A stretch of 64,000 nt of DNA from Octopus sinensis (Eukaryota), in contig NC_043012.1 of the NCBI RefSeq assembly GCF_006345805.1, positions 26,040,001-26,104,000 of the forward strand, written 5' to 3'. Shown here piece after piece: positions 42,303 to 55,712 of this stretch. Made by a program: the position numbers and the translations under genes. How positions within the stretch are numbered: the first letter of the stretch is position 1; each line of letters starts with the position of its first letter. The notes under the pieces were generated by a model. The model made no database searches. It was not told the DNA's origin and saw only the letters and a program-made list of their open reading frames with translations.

Positions 42303-42724
42303 ATTCTTTTATTCTTTTATTCTTTTACTTGTTTCAGTCCTTTGACAGCGGCCATGCTGGAGCACCGCCTTTAGTTGAGAAAATCGACCCCGAGACTTAT
42401 TCTTTGTAAGCCCAGTACTTATTCTATCGGTCTCTTTTTGCCGAACCGCTAAGTGACGGCGACGTAAACACACCAGCATCGGTTGTCAAGCAATGCTAGG
42501 GGAAAAACACAGACACACAAACATGCACACACACACATACATATATACATATACATATATACGACGGGCTTCTTTCAGTTTCCGTCTACCAAATCCACTC
42601 ACAAGGCTTTGGTCGGCCCGAGGCTATAGTAGAAGACACTTGCCCAAGATGCTACGCACTAGGACTGAACCCGGAACCATGTGGTTAGTAAACAAGCTAC
42701 TTACCACACAGCCACTCCTGCACC

Positions 42725-42726
<2 letters not shown>
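42303..42726 (-). mobile_element. SINE family A, full length
   Basis: Reverse complement of the consensus, with a (tattctttt)n tail. Confidence 0.92.
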
Positions 42727-42756
<30 letters not shown>

Positions 42757-43339
42757 GGTGGGGTGTGTAATTGTGAGGGAAGTAAAGTAACAAATAAGAA
42801 ATATTTTTTCTTACAGATTTTCCTCACCTTCCGTTGTCAAATCTGTATATGTGTTGGACAGAGAATAATCTCACACGTTCAATGAGAAAAGATGAATATA
42901 TTTCATGTAGTGTTGATTATTTACAGAAAACATTCATAGGCACAGCACACACACACAACACACGCATACAGCGAAGCACACGCAGGCAGAGTCACGCACA
43001 CATACATACACATCACACATACACACACGTGTACACGCTATCGTGTATTAAAAATAGTTACAAGACACACTCTTTCACACATGCAACTATGTATGTGTGT
43101 GTGTGTGTGTGTGTTTGTGTGCCTGTATATATAAGAAATGGTGTGAAAGAGAGAGGGAGAGAGAGAGCAAAAGAGAGAAGAGGAGATAGAGAGAAAAGAG
43201 ACAGAGAGAGAAATGATAGAGGAGGAGGAGAGAGAGAGAGAGAGAGAGTCAGACAGACACACAGAAAGTGCAAGTGGTACAATTTGGAAGTGTGTACATG
43301 CGGAACTCTATGACAGGTTATATATTCAGACAGCTAGGC

Positions 43340-43790
<451 letters not shown>

Positions 43791-44116
43791 GAAAGCGAAA
43801 TATTTAAAATAGCTTTATAGATAAATCAATGATGTGTTTAGTTTTTAAAAATCGATTTATTCTTAATTTATTCATTTTTGTTTCTTATATTCTTTTCTGT
43901 TTTATTATTATTATTATTATTATTTTTGTTGTTAAGTGAGTATTATTTTCCTTGAAACTAGCTTTCATGTATTTTTCTGTGTTTATTATAACAGTTCTTG
44001 TGACTTCAATATACTTTTAAAGAAAAAACAGCGTAATAAACCCATAAATTATATATATATATATATATTATATATATATGTTTACACAGATACACACACA
44101 GTCACACACTCACACG

Positions 44117-44169
<53 letters not shown>

Positions 44170-45809
44170 ATATATATATGTAGACGCATAAACATTTATG
44201 TATGTATACATACATACATATATATATATATGTGTATTATATATAATATATATATATATATATACACGCATATATACATTTTATATACATATATATCCTC
44301 TCTGTTTTCTTATTTGCCCTATATATATATAATATATATAATATATATAATATATATATATATCCGCTCTGTTTTCTTATTTGCTATATATATATATATA
44401 TCTCCGTTCTGTTTTCTTATTTGCTATATATATATATATATGTATATATATATTATATATATATATATATAATATATACAACAAGAGTACGAAATATAAA
44501 AGAACAGAACTGTATTGATGATTGCAACAAAACGAACATCGCTACACACTGCCCCTAACCATTACCCTTCGATAAACAAGAACAAGAAGAACAAAAACCA
44601 GAAAAACAACAACACGGACAACGACAACAAAAACAACAACAACAACAGCAGCAGAGCCAAAAACAGCAGCAGCAGCAGCAGCAGCAGGAAAGCTAAAACA
44701 ACAACCATAGCAACAGTTACATTCGCTACGAGCAGACATTATATATCGCCATTCTGTACTTGACTACCAACAATGGCGGACTGGCTTACAGCAAGCTACG
44801 CTACAAACCATCTCAGCGGACGTAATGCAATGTTTGAAAAGCTTGAGTCCAGGAATGTCTCCTGTCAATATTTTTCCCCCCTCCTTCCAGAAATAGATTA
44901 TGTTGTGTATCATTACTATTCGATAAAGCCAATGTGAAGAGCTATACCTGGTTATGCATCCTGTTAGAAATAGAAACCAAATCTTGCTCGAATCACGTGA
45001 CGTACCTTAAAAGATAACGGTATTATGTTGCCTCAGTTAAAGTATGTCTGTTTTTTTTTCGTTACTTGTTTTAGTAATTGGACTGTGGCTATGCTAGGGC
45101 ATTGCCTTGAAGGTCTTAGTCGAACAAATCAACCACAGGATTTCTTTATTTAAACCTGCCACTTTTTCCATTGGTCATTTATGCACAACCTCTAAGCTAC
45201 AGAGACATAATCAAGCCAATACCGGTTGTCAAGTTGTGTCTGGTCACAAACAAACACAAACTGATATACGTATACACATACACATACACACAAGCACGCA
45301 CGCACGCACGCACGGGCGCACGCACACACATACACACAAACATATGTATATATATATAATGTACTGTTCTGCGGTTGAAAATTCCACAAAAAAGTACGCC
45401 ATCTTTTGAGAGGTAAATATTATTTATTTAAAGGCCACAAAACATGTATTAAAGTGGGTGGTACTAATAGTTTCGTATGTTGAGAAAAACACAGACATAA
45501 TCTTCAGGCGCAAACCAGACGTCATAACGAACTACGACAGGCTTCTTTCTGTGTCTTGCCAAATAAATCTACTCACAAAGCTTTGGTCGACCCTGGGATA
45601 TTATAGAAAACATTTCCCCAGAGTAACTCGCAGTGTGACTGAACACGGAACCAAATGGAGTTCTATCGACGGGTCTATGAGATACCGATACTCGACAGGG
45701 TTCGTAGCTCGATGTCAGGTAATCTTTTCACATTAAACTGTTACACCTCTTCTTTGAGAGGGCACAGCTCCGGTGCTACAAACATGTGATTAGAACGTCA
45801 CAGGAAAGT

Positions 45810-46015
45810 ATTTAATTCTTTATTGTCCACAAGGGGCTAAACATAGAGGAGGAGACAAACAAGGACAGGCAAAGGGACTAAGTCCATTACATCTATCCCA
45901 GTGAGTAATTGGTACTTATTTAATCGGCCACGAACTGATGAAAGGCAAAGTTAACCTCGGCGGAATTTGAACTCCGTTAAGTATTTTGCCCGGCGTGCTA
46001 ACGATTGTACCATCT
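45810..46015 (-). mobile_element. SINE family B
   Basis: ttctttattgtccacaaggggctaaacatagagg...gatgaaaggcaaagttaacctcggcggaatttgaact. Confidence 0.85.
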
Positions 46016-46028
46016 CACCGAAAGTATT

Positions 46029-46200
46029 GCATCACAAATCCTTCAAGCCAAGCGAAATGGCAGCAGACCAAGAGGTAGACCAAAAGCGAAATTGTTAACT
46101 AATATTCATAGCTTCAGTTCCTCATGATTGGGAATCTAGCAGGGAAGTATAATGATGGTTGCTTCTGGTATTATTCTATGGAGAGGGGCCTGAGGATTCT
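46029..46200 (+). mobile_element. RTE-clade LINE C-terminal remnant
   Basis: ASQILQAKRNGSRPRGRPK matches the RTE G-x-R-P-R-G-R-P C-terminal motif. Confidence 0.65.
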
Positions 46201-47205
46201 AACCGCCCCTCAACATCAACATGACACACCATGTGAGCGGCGAAAATGTTTGGACTGGTCAGTTCAAATTCCACTGATGTCGACTTTGCTTTTATCGCTT
46301 CGGGACCGAGGAAAAAGGCACCAGTTGTTAGAACATGCGCTGCTGTTGTGCGTCCCTGCAACCTCATTTTACTGGAGGATGACACTTTTGATCATTCATG
46401 CCATATCCCTCCAACCCATTGGTGCGTTTGGGTAGTCGTTGCTGGTGAGGGCTTTACGGGGCCGGAGTGTAAATCCTATCGCAACGTCATTTAGTCACCT
46501 TTTGCTAAACGCCGAAGAAACGTTGGGTCTATTCTTTGCGAAGCCGGTTTCCATACAGTTCAATGGATGGGTGGATGCGTGGAAAATTGAGCCCGACTCA
46601 TGTAGTAAGAAACAGCAGCCAGTTCACCCTCAAATTTAACCTTACCTCAGTTGAAATAGATAGATTCAGGGTATAGTGTAGTCATATAAATGAAGAAAAA
46701 GATGCAATTTCCAAGGCTCGAATGTTTTTGATCAGAAGTCTGCTCGACCAGATTTGACCTAAGATTCAACGATGAAAACAATTACAACGACAACGGCTTA
46801 CGGGAATTTACAATCAATACAACTTTACTGGACATTATGTAAACTTTTATGTGTGTTTTATATATTTATTATAGCAGTTTCTTATTTCTTTTTTTGTGTT
46901 TTTGACATCAATATATTTTTAAAGATAAAACCCATAAATTATGTTCAACGTTAAAATAAATACGAAGAAAAGGAAAAATATTGATGATTTCAACAAATCA
47001 AGCAACATTGCGTCACCGCAGCCATTTACCTCCGATAAACAACAACAAAAATAACAGCCGAAAAAAGAAAATAATGATTGCACGCATACTGCGTAAAGTA
47101 CTGTCTGACTGAGTCCTTGCGGTGATTTGCAAGACAGCACAAACCCCAAGTACACAATATCTCCAGTCTACAACTTCACAATAGTGTATAGTATGTGACA
47201 TCTTC

Positions 47206-47248
<43 letters not shown>

Positions 47249-47250
<2 letters not shown>

Positions 47251-47458
47251 CCTTTCTTCTAAACACACAAGGTTTGGAATTTGGTTGGCAGGGACAAGTC
47301 AATTACACCGACCCTGTGCGTAACTCGTACTTAATTTATCGATCCCGGAAAGATAAAAAAACAAAATGGACCTAGGCGGAATGTGAACCCAGAACGTAAG
47401 GACGGGCGAAATGCCGCTAAGAACCTTGCCCGGTCTACTAACGATTTTGCCAGCACAC
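47249..47458 (-). mobile_element. SINE family B variant
   Basis: Reverse of the head ...ctaacgattttgccagc and body gtacttaatttatcga. Confidence 0.78.
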
Positions 47459-47524
<66 letters not shown>

Positions 47525-47526
<2 letters not shown>

Positions 47527-47780
47527 GATAGTGCTCATGGGAACTGCTCATATCTTACGCAAAATACTTTCTATGTAATCTCAAGGTTTAAAACAAACAT
47601 AATTTTCGGTTTTTAAAAAAAAAAATTGTTTTTTAGACATTCATTAGTACAACCCCCCCCCCAAATATATGGCACACTAGGCATAACAACAACATGAACT
47701 TCCAACCTGTTGTCTCTTGAAGTCTCTGGGTGAGACTTGGAGCCAACTTGTACAATATAAAGCAAAAGTCAAACATAGAA
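47525..47780 (+). mobile_element. R4/Dong-like non-LTR 3' end, subtype A
   Basis: KIVLMGTAHILRKILSM* followed by a 3' UTR ending in aataat. Confidence 0.8.
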
Positions 47781-47786
47781 TAATAC

Positions 47787-47820
<34 letters not shown>

Positions 47821-47846
47821 TAATAATAATAATAAGAAGAAGAAAG

Positions 47847-47932
<86 letters not shown>

Positions 47933-47934
<2 letters not shown>

Positions 47935-48306
47935 AAATAGAAAGCAAACTATTACTGGATCATAGATATAGCTTGCCCAGCTGACAACAAGGTATGCGAC
48001 AAGGAAGAAAGAAAAGTCGAGAGATATGATCGGTTACCTTGGGAAGTTAAGCAGTTGTGGTCGATGAAAACGGTAGTACTAGTAACAATAAGTGTTGGAG
48101 CCATCGGTACAGTGAGTAAAAATCTTGAGAAGTACATGGAACTAATAGGGGCTGCAATATGGGTGGATCACTGGCAGAAAATAGCAATGTTTGGAACTGC
48201 TCGAATACTCCGAAAGATGATCGCAAAATGAGTGTTATCTTAGTTCACTGGTACTAAACAGCTGATACTCTGGTACATCTGCAGCGTTAGAAGCTGTGCA
48301 AAGGCA
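47933..48306 (+). mobile_element. R4/Dong-like non-LTR 3' end with restriction-like endonuclease, subtype B
   Basis: WIIDIACPADNKVCDKEERKVERYDRL...ISVGAIGTV...QKIAMFGTARILRKMIAK*. Confidence 0.85.
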
Positions 48307-48465
48307 ATGATAATGATAATAATAATAATAATAACAATAATAATAATAATAATAACAATAATATTAATAATAATAACAATAATAATAATAATAATAACAA
48401 TAATAATAATAATAATAATCATAATAATAATAATAATAATAATATTAATAATAATAATAATAATG

Positions 48466-48497
<32 letters not shown>

Positions 48498-48618
48498 CCT
48501 TTCTATTATAGACTCACTTGTCGACCCCGAAAGGACGAACGTTAAAGTCAACGTCGGTGGAATTTGAATTCAGAACGTAGCGACGAGCGGAAAACCGCTA
48601 AGCATTTCGTCCAGCGTC

Positions 48619-48620
<2 letters not shown>
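48498..48620 (-). mobile_element. SINE family B, internally deleted
   Basis: gtcgaccccgaaagg...ggaatttgaattcagaacgtag...cgctaagcatttcgtcc. Confidence 0.78.
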
Positions 48621-48708
<88 letters not shown>

Positions 48709-48712
<4 letters not shown>

Positions 48713-48857
48713 TTGCACTACTAGGCACTGCACACATCCTACGCAGAACACTTCCCATACAATAACCATCAGAGCATCACAACAAATCACAGCACATACC
48801 CAAGGCACACAGCTGCGCTCGGTAGTGAAGTGAAAGCACGCTATAAAAATAAAACTA

Positions 48858-48860
<3 letters not shown>
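48709..48860 (+). mobile_element. R4/Dong-like 3' end, subtype C (short)
   Basis: KIALLGTAHILRRTLPIQ* plus a UTR nearly identical to 49820-49975. Confidence 0.88.
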
Positions 48861-48922
<62 letters not shown>

Positions 48923-49002
48923 TAATAATAATGATAATAATAATACTACTACTAATAATAATAATGATGATGATGATGATGATAATGATAATAATAATAA
49001 TA

Positions 49003-49504
49003 AAATGCCCTGATGCAGTACCAGGCAGTGGCTCTCATGGCTTCTCAACTTTACTGATTGGAAGTGTTATCATTTACATTGTTTTGTCTTGGTATAAAAA
49101 CACGGCCTACAGCAAATATTGTGCTCAATACCACAGATTTGCTTGTCGGTTGTTGACCATGACCAGTTGAGCATGTCCCATGGTGGCTGATGATATGTGG
49201 TAAGAGGAATTCTTTGAGGTTTGAATAATTCACCTATGGAAACATGGGTGTTTTGCTCAACATCCTTAAACAAACCTTATTCAGGGACCTTTTGAGTGGG
49301 ATGGGCTACTCGACCAGCAGAAAATTCTAACTGGGCCCCACCTGCAAGGTCATGCGCTGTTTACAAGATCACCATGTCGCGCACATATTGTTGTGATGCA
49401 TGTGCCTAGTGTAACCTTATCAGACGAGTAGTCATGATGGGTACACTGGGCTTCGTATATTTTATCCCAGTGTTACTTTGATGGCATGCACTGTTCTCTC
49501 ACTC
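49003..49504. mobile_element. ~500 bp non-coding interspersed element between (AAT)n blocks
   Basis: Unique-complexity block with sharp boundaries against (AAT)n on both sides; no motif-bearing ORF. Confidence 0.55.
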
Positions 49505-49519
49505 AATAATAATAAAAAG

Positions 49520-49975
49520 ATGGTATAGGCACACACCAGAAAAGGTCACAGAAAACGAGAAAGCAACCATACTCTGGAATATGCCGATCCACACATATAG
49601 AGAAATTAAGGCCAACAGACCAGATATAGTTGTCAGAGATCATGAAAAGAAATGGAGAAACTTTCAAAATACAAAGACCTGGAAATAGAGGTAACGACAA
49701 TGTGGAATCTAAAAACAGAAACAATCCCTATCATAGTAGGTGCATTAGGCATGATAAAAAAATATTCAGTCAAATACATAACAAAAACACCAGGACTTAC
49801 AAACACAAATAACATACAGAAAATTGCACTACTAGTCACTGCACACATCCTACGCAGAACACTTTCCATACAATAACCATCAGAGCATCACAACAAATCA
49901 CAGCACATACGCAAGGCACACAGAGCTGCGCTCGGTAGTGAAGTGAAAGCACGCTATAAAAATAAAACTACTGAA
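49520..49975 (+). mobile_element. R4/Dong-like non-LTR 3' end, subtype C (long), restriction-like endonuclease
   Basis: ENEKATILWNMPIHT..EIKANRPDIVVRD (PD motif), then MEKLSKYKDLEIEV...IPIIVGALG...QKIALLVTAHILRRTLSIQ*. Confidence 0.9.
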
Positions 49976-50000
49976 TAATAATAATATAATAATAATAATA

Positions 50001-50046
<46 letters not shown>

Positions 50047-50059
50047 AATAATAATAGAA

Positions 50060-50136
<77 letters not shown>

Positions 50137-50639
50137 TAATAATAATAATAATAATCCTTCCTGCTGCGGGAAAAATGTCGAGACTAATAACCGAATGTAG
50201 AACTCAATATATGTATGCTTTGGAACGAACTGTAAGACGAGTTCAAGGCAGGAATAATAAAGCTAAATGGCAAAGAAATAAACAGTTATCACATCTCTGT
50301 ATAAGATAATCGCTTACTTATTTGTCATCTTATTTTCTGAGATATATATATATAAGATTCTGCTCGGTTAGAGGCTAAGGTGAACGCAGTGTGAGTGAAC
50401 CTGGAACCATGTGGCTGGTAAGCAAGCTACTTACCACACAGCCACTCCTGCGCCTATAAGTTAATCGTTTACTCATTTGTCATCTCCTTTTCTGATATTA
50501 CACCTACACATACATACACATATCACATCACAACACACCACCCACACACCCATCCCCACATCTCCACACCCACACATACATACACACACACGTCCAGACC
50601 ACCAGCGCTCTTTCACACGCACATACATACTCTCTTATA

Positions 50640-50940
50640 CACACACGCACCTTTGTGTTGGGGGAACCTTCGTATTGGAAGTCACTTGACCCTGTTATCT
50701 CCCCTACTGTTCCTCTCGCGTCTGACCATTGTCCGAAGTCAAGACGCCATGATAGACCGTTAGCTACTAGACGCATTTCTTCTCTCCTTGTTTCTCTCCT
50801 TGTTTTTTCTGTATATCTTTCTGTCGAAGAGTGTAGGCTCGAAACGTAAAAGACTTTTTCTATTCCTGAGCGCTGTACTAATACATTTATTTGTTTGTAC
50901 TCCACCTGCCTTCGTCTTTTGTTTATTTTCGTAAACTTTC
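50640..50940 (+). mobile_element. Penelope-like terminal fragment carrying a hammerhead-like motif
   Basis: gaagagtgtaggctcgaaacgt motif followed by a pyrimidine-rich end and (TA)n. Confidence 0.6.
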
Positions 50941-53373
50941 CCTTTATATATATATATATATATATAAGGCTTTGCTCGACCAGAGGCTAGAGTTGAAAGC
51001 AGTTGCCCAAGGTCACGGAGTGGAGCTGAACACGAAACCATGTGTTTGTAGAGGAAACTTTTACCACACGACCATAAAGTATCACGCTGAGTCTCCGTCT
51101 GAGGATTACTCTAAAGATAGAACATTTTGGTGAACACTCAGTGGCCTGTATGATAATTTAATGAATCACTCGGTCGGTTGATCGAATTACTGCAATATTC
51201 CTGTCGGAACCGATAGAAGAGTAGAGAACTCTAGTGTCCAACATTCTCTTTCTCATTGTCCCTCTGTCTATCTCCCTTTCTGTATATCCCCCTCAGACTG
51301 ACCCTCTCTCTCCCCCTCTCTCCCCTCACTCTCTCTTTCTCTCTATAATATATATATGTATGAAGGTTTATACACACACACACACACACATATATATATA
51401 TGTGTGTGTGTGTTTACATGTGTGTATATATGCATATGTATAAGACTGAGCGTGTGTGTTTGTATGTATTTCTCTCTTTGTGTGAGAGTGTGTGTGTGTG
51501 TGTGTGGTGTGTGTGTGTGTGTGTGTGTGGTGTGTGTGTGCGTGTATCGTAGCGCAATGAACGACGATATTACGATATTCAGAAATGCTAGCCATCTAAA
51601 CTAACCGAATATAAAGAAGCGAAGTATAGAATAAATAAATTTCTGAATGACAACAACAACCACAACAACAACAACAACAACAACAACAACAGAAATAACA
51701 AAACAGCAAAAGCCTCTAGATAACCACAACGAAAAAAAACCCCACTATCAACAACAGCAAAATCAACAACAAAAACTTCGGGGGCGGCGACGGTAACAGC
51801 CTCGGCGAGACGAGTACGGCAACGGCGAGGAGGAAGGTAAGAGCGACAGTCAAGGCGACGGAGACGAAAAATTTTACGGCGAAGAAGAAGGCTACACCGA
51901 TGGTGAAGGCAAAGGCGACGGCGGAGGCAACGGCAACAACGGTAAAACCAAGCCGAGAATGTCTTGTTAACAAAACACGACCAACATCTTTTAATTGGAC
52001 TTTTATAAAAGCGGAGAAAATTAATAACATAAAGCGAATATGTTCATTAGATTATTGGGGAATAGGGTTAGGTTGATTATTTACACTAGATAGGAAGACA
52101 TTCCGACGTTCTATGGTGATTTTATGGTACTTTATATTTTCAGAGTGTCATATAGACACGCACACATACTTATATAATCATACATAAATATATACACATA
52201 CATACATAAAGATGGATATATGTGTGTATTTGTATATATATATGTGTGTGCGAGCGTGTATATTTGTATACACACACATATATATACATATATATATACG
52301 CACGTATCTATGAGAACGTACACACGCATATATATATGTGTACGAGAGATTGTGTTTGTGCATGCGTATAAGTTTGTCTCTGTGTGTGTGTATGTGTGTG
52401 TCTGTATGCTTACACGCATACTCGTAAGCATATGGATATACGCAGATATCTTTAGTACAGAAACATGTTCACAGTTATAGGTATACATATACATACACAC
52501 ACTGATACACATATGTGTGTGTGTCTGAGAACATGTAGTGTAAGTGTAACTATGCTGTCTCAGTATATTCGGTTGCGTCAGCGTGTCTCCGCATATGCAT
52601 CTGTGTGCGTATGTCTGTCTGTAAAGGTATTTCTCTATGAAACTTTTTCGACAGTTCCTTTTTTTTTTTTTCAATATTGCTATAATGGCTATCTCGTTTC
52701 CAACCATAACATTTATTGCTGTCCTCATATTTCAATTGCTTACAGTTTCTTTCACAAATCTTTCTTTCAGCATCGAGGGGATATTATTTTATATTTGCGA
52801 TCCATTAACAGGGTAAAATAGTTTGCCACTCAGGGCTGAGTATATACATAAACGCATATATACATTCGTATAATACATATAACAAATGTATATACAAATC
52901 ATATATACATATATTTATATATATAGAGAGAGAAGGAGAAGAGACGAAGAGACAGAGAGAGACCTACGGAAATATTAAATATATATCAGACACATTCATG
53001 AATATATATATATATATATACATATATATATTCATACATATACATACATACATATATATATATATACATATATATATTCGTACACATATATATATATATA
53101 TATACATATATATACATATACATATATATATATACATATACATATATATATATATATATATATGCGCATAAACACATACACGCTCGTATTGTCTGTGGAG
53201 CTTTCCCGATTATATACACTAAATGAATGGGAAAATAATTGAAGTTGCGAAAGAAAAAAATCCTACGCAAGCGCACACATACATACACACACATATATAT
53301 AGGATAGGTGTGTACGTGCGTGTGTTCGTGTCTGTGTGCGTGTGTTACATCTGTACAAATGTATATATGTAGG

Positions 53374-53419
<46 letters not shown>

Positions 53420-53436
<17 letters not shown>

Positions 53437-53528
53437 TATAGATAGATAGATAGATGATAGATAGATAGATAATAGATAGATAGATAGATAGATTAGATAG
53501 ATAGACAGATAGATAGGATAGATAGATA

Positions 53529-53579
<51 letters not shown>

Positions 53580-53605
53580 TAGATAGATAGATAGATAGAT
53601 AGATG
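53420..53605. repeat. (GATA)n microsatellite
   Basis: Direct repeat. Confidence 0.95.
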
Positions 53606-53972
53606 TGAGTGTATAAACATATGTACTTATGTAAACATCTTTTGTGTAAATCACGGGGCTATAATGATAACGTATATTCATGCGATATCTCGTTTAACCC
53701 TTTAATGATGTTAAAACATATGAGAGCTTTAACACACGTTTTTGAAATTTGATTATGCTTACAGGGAGAAAAAAGAAGAGAAAAAACGAGAAGTACTTTC
53801 TTTGAATCTGAACAACAATTCTACGAACCGATTGACTCTTCTCTTCTCCCTCTCATTCTCACTTCTTTCTTCGCCAACTCTTTCTCTATCTTCCTCTCAC
53901 ATTCTCTCGCTCCTGGCTTTATTTCTCTCTGCTCTCTCTTTCTCCCCATCCATTTTTCTCTCTGTATTTCCC

Positions 53973-54011
<39 letters not shown>

Positions 54012-54218
54012 GTGTATATATATATATTATATATATATATATATATATGCGTGTGTGTGTGTGTGTGTATGCATTATTATGTATGTATATATATGTGTAT
54101 ATATGTATATTTATATATATACATATATATATATGTGTATACATATACATATATATATACTTATATATGCATATATATATACATCTATATACATGCATAT
54201 GCACACATATACATAGAT

Positions 54219-54312
<94 letters not shown>

Positions 54313-54446
54313 AGCACACACACACACAACTACAGAAAGAGGGAGAATGAAAGAAAAAGAAAAGGAGCCGGTGATAAATAGGTACAAATTTATAGAAATG
54401 GAAACGTATATATTTCGATAGGTGTGTAGCTAAATTAGGTGGATAC

Positions 54447-54482
<36 letters not shown>

Positions 54483-55319
54483 CATATATATATATACATA
54501 TATATATATTTATTTATATGTATGTACATGCACATATATAAAAACAAGATTAGATATGTGTGTATTCACATATATGTACATATAAATTTACGTACGTATA
54601 TATATATATGCATGCACACATACATAAATAGGTAGTTACCTACGTACATACATACATATATACATATGTGCAGATATCTATACAAGCATATACACAAGTG
54701 TATATGTAAAGTTAAATAGATAATCTTGTTCCGATATCTAAATGAGAATTGGGATATAAAATGTAATCCCAATTGGTTTATCTCTTGTTCATCCCATTCA
54801 CTGTTCTGTAAATATCAAATCAATGCCTGATGATTAATTCTCAGGTGTGTGAATAATATCCTGAATGCAAATACAACCAAGTGTGACATATATACAATAT
54901 ACTGAAAAACTTCGACTAATATAGATTATCCACGTAATTAAAACACAGGAACCCCCTCTTGTGTGCTTGAAATACAAAATGAGCATGCGAAAGGGCTAAT
55001 TCTAGTAAGGTAAATTGCATTTGATTTATTTCTTAATGTTTATGTAATATGAAAAATGGAGTGTATCGCCATTTTAAACTAGATTGGTAAAGTAACCTAC
55101 AGGTTTCGTTATTATTACACCTCATTAGTCAAATTTTCGAAAAGGCAATGCCGTAGTAATAAAGCCTTTGTGTTTTTCACATCAGCAACCCTTACTAGCT
55201 GCCAACCACTTCATACTTGTCATCTGGTTCCTCCGCCATCACGACAATGGGCCATTATACTCTTCCATCTTTCTGTGTTTTTCGCTTGGGCTTGCGCTTG
55301 AAACCAACTGAGCAGCACA

Positions 55320-55504
55320 TTTTATAATTCTTTTATTCTTTTACTACCTTACCTGCTTCAGTCAAATCGACCCCCATGACTTATTCTTTGTAAGCATAGG
55401 ACTTATTCTATCGTTCTGTTTTTCCGAACCGCAACGTTACGGAAACGTAAACATAACAACATTGGTTGTCAAGCGATGATGGCAGGACAAACATAGACAC
55501 ACAC

Positions 55505-55569
<65 letters not shown>

Positions 55570-55712
55570 CGATGGGCTTCTTTCAGTTTCGTCTACCAAA
55601 TCCACTCACAAGGCTTTGGTCGGCCCGATACTATAGTAGAAGACACTTGCCCAAGATGCCACGCTATGGGTCTGAATCCGAAACCATATGGTTGGTAAGC
55701 GAGCTACTTACT
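55320..55712 (-). mobile_element. SINE family A, diverged
   Basis: Reverse of tail, internal (TA)n, body and head. Confidence 0.85.

Larger units (their letters stand above)
47207..50155. repeat. interrupted (AAT)n microsatellite tract with multiple insertions
   Basis: Multiple (AAT)n blocks plus (GAA)n and (TAT)n, separated by retroelement fragments. Confidence 0.95.

Noticed and set aside
47207-50155. Repeat-spacer alternation resembling a CRISPR array
   Set aside because: The repeats are variable-length (AAT)n and the spacers are retroelement fragments of 120-500 bp; the context is eukaryotic with no cas genes.
51640-51970. Gln/Gly/Glu-rich open stretch (DEYGNGEEEGKSDSQGDGDEKFYGEEEG...)
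   Set aside because: It grades directly out of (CAA)n, is built from degenerate ggcgac/ggcaac triplets, is open in several frames and lacks clear splice sites; probably a decayed trinucleotide repeat.
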